Source: Chlorokybus atmophyticus
Taxonomy: Eukaryota; Plantae; Mesostigma and Chlorokybus algae
Direction of reading: 5' to 3'
Assembly: GCA_009103225.1 (NCBI GenBank)
Contig: RHPI01001311.1
Coordinates: 1 to 64,000, forward strand
Length of the DNA stretch: 64,000 nt
In this document: in pieces, positions 62,435 through 64,000 of the stretch
Position numbering within the stretch: the first letter of the stretch is position 1
Layout of the letters: every line of letters begins with the position of its first letter
The notes under the pieces: generated by a model
The model's input: the letters and a program-made list of their open reading frames with translations, nothing else
What the model was told of the DNA's origin: nothing
The model's database searches: none
Position numbers and translations under genes: made by a program

Positions 62435-64000
62435 TTGGCGCGTGTCTATCTAGACAGATTGCTCGAGGCCCTCGAACAACCTGAGTTGGCCACGGGCCCT
62501 GAGGACGCCCTGGAGGCAGCAATCGAGACAGAGGTTCTTATCATTGAACAAGCTTTGAAGGAATACATCTTCTATATAGAAGCTCTGAGCAGAAATCTTC
62601 CAAAAGAGGCTGAGAAAGAAAGACTTGTCAAGCAGTATGCAAAGCCAGTCGTCCGTATGCTGGTGAAAGACTTCTACTGGGACGACCAGAACTACTGCTT
62701 CCAACCTGCTGAACTGCGCAAAATTAGCCTGCAAACACTGCAGTCTCTGGGAGAGCAGCTGGAGAACTTTGCCGGCAGCATCGAACCTGAAGGCCAGGCT
62801 GCCAGTTGTACACCAGTCGCCCATCCACGAGGTGATTGCACATTTGTTGCCTTCCCTGCAATCTCTGCATGACTTCTTGGACATTGTTAGCCTACATTCC
62901 AGCGCCACCAGACACCATCTCTGAGGCCTTTCTTACTGCAGGAGCGCCTTCGCTCAACCCAAAAGAGTTGTTTATGGATGCCGTTAACAAGGCCATAGAG
63001 CCACATGCAAACACACGCCAGCAGCCTGTTGAGCGCTCAACGTTTGTTGACCAACAGTTATCAGCGTTGTACCGACAAGCTGAAGCGCTCAGTCGACGGA
63101 AGGACAGGTCGGCTGCCCTGCGAATTTGTCGGAAAATGGAGGCCTCTTTCATCAATAAGCGCCGCACGGACGGAGCTCACTTGGTACTCGTTGGAAGAAC
63201 TCAGTCCGGAAAATCCTCCACTGTCAACTTCTGGTGCGGTATGAAGGGGTTGCTTCCAGAAGGAGATGGGGAGTCGTGCACCGTGTACCCCATGGAGGTC
63301 GTTGGATCCCGCGAGTATCAACATGGCGACCTTGGAAGCCAGAGTCTGAAGCTCAATGTGCTAGACACGCCTGGTTTCTTGGACACCGGCGGTCCTGAAA
63401 CCGATGCCATAAACATCTGCAGAGTGCGCCAGTATCTCCATGACCAGCACTTTGATGGACAGACGTGTTTTCCCAGCGTAGTCTTAGTGGTATTTGACAT
63501 ATCGGAGTCAACACCATTTGGCAGAGATGGTCAATATACCAAGGTACGCCAATGCTTTCATTAGTGCTGGCAATCAGGCCTTGCTATATGCGTCGATGCT
63601 GACAAAGCAAAGCCCTGCAGGTTGTGCGCATGCTTACGCTTCTTGAAGTGGTGGATGTGTCCACGCCAAATATTATCCTCGTCTTTAACAAAGCCTGGTC
63701 GCCGAGAGATGCCCAAAAGCAGTATGATGACAGAAACAAATGGCCCCGTCTGATTGAGAAGACCAAATTGTTGGTTGCAGACACGCTTCGCCTCAGTTAC
63801 ATTCCCTGCCATGTGCTGCAAGAAGCCAAACAATCCAATCTTGACGATGTCACAAAGGTGCGTCAAGCAGCATGCGTTGGTGGTTCTCCAAAGAACACAC
63901 TCCGCTACTCTCTGTGTGCCATCTGCGTGGCTACTTGCACTGACCGTTAACCTGTCCCATGCCTTGTGCACTGCATGGCAGGCCAATCCGCAATACAGGG
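62435..64000 (+). CDS. AIG1/Toc34/septin-like TRAFAC GTPase with helical N-terminal region; runs off window; possible first exon 61757-61832
   Basis: G1 LVLVGRTQSGKSSTVN (~63193-63219), G2 ESCT, G3 VLDTPGFLDT (63364), G4-like ILVFNKA in the next exon. GT-AG introns near 62832 and 63544. Confidence 0.8.

Overview
Eukaryotic nuclear DNA, probably a green alga. This is inferred from short GT-AG and some GC-AG introns, AAAACCCTAA telo-boxes, and (TG)n/(CT)n tracts inside introns; the species cannot be determined from the window. About 60% of the window is nested transposable elements. (1) Two degenerate Ty3/Gypsy LTR retrotransposons (<1-4760 and 18641-26340) encode gag-protease-[DNMT3-like C5 cytosine methyltransferase]-RT-RNaseH-integrase-[PHD finger]. 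Their terminal repeats are bipartite, and copy 2 carries two nested solo LTRs whose removal restores the gag-PR-DNMT frame. (2) An En/Spm (CACTA/TNP2-family) transposase gene (11233-17711) appears to splice in frame into a PHD finger and a Ulp/SENP SUMO protease. Just upstream lie a Tudor-domain gene and an OTU deubiquitinase gene, with hairpins and telo-boxes in the divergent intergenic regions. (3) A second, better preserved TNP2-family transposase lies at 32480-37328, followed by three paralogous small helical-protein genes (38.7-43.8 kb). The right third holds non-TE genes: a class-3 lipase fused to a P-loop GTPase (46152-49822, minus), an orphan helical-plus-beta protein (57654-59129, minus) next to a perfect 138-bp palindrome, and an AIG1/Toc34-like GTPase running off the end of the window. 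No rRNA, tRNA or CRISPR feature was recognised. All domain calls come from motif recognition by eye and need HMM confirmation; exon boundaries were inferred manually.
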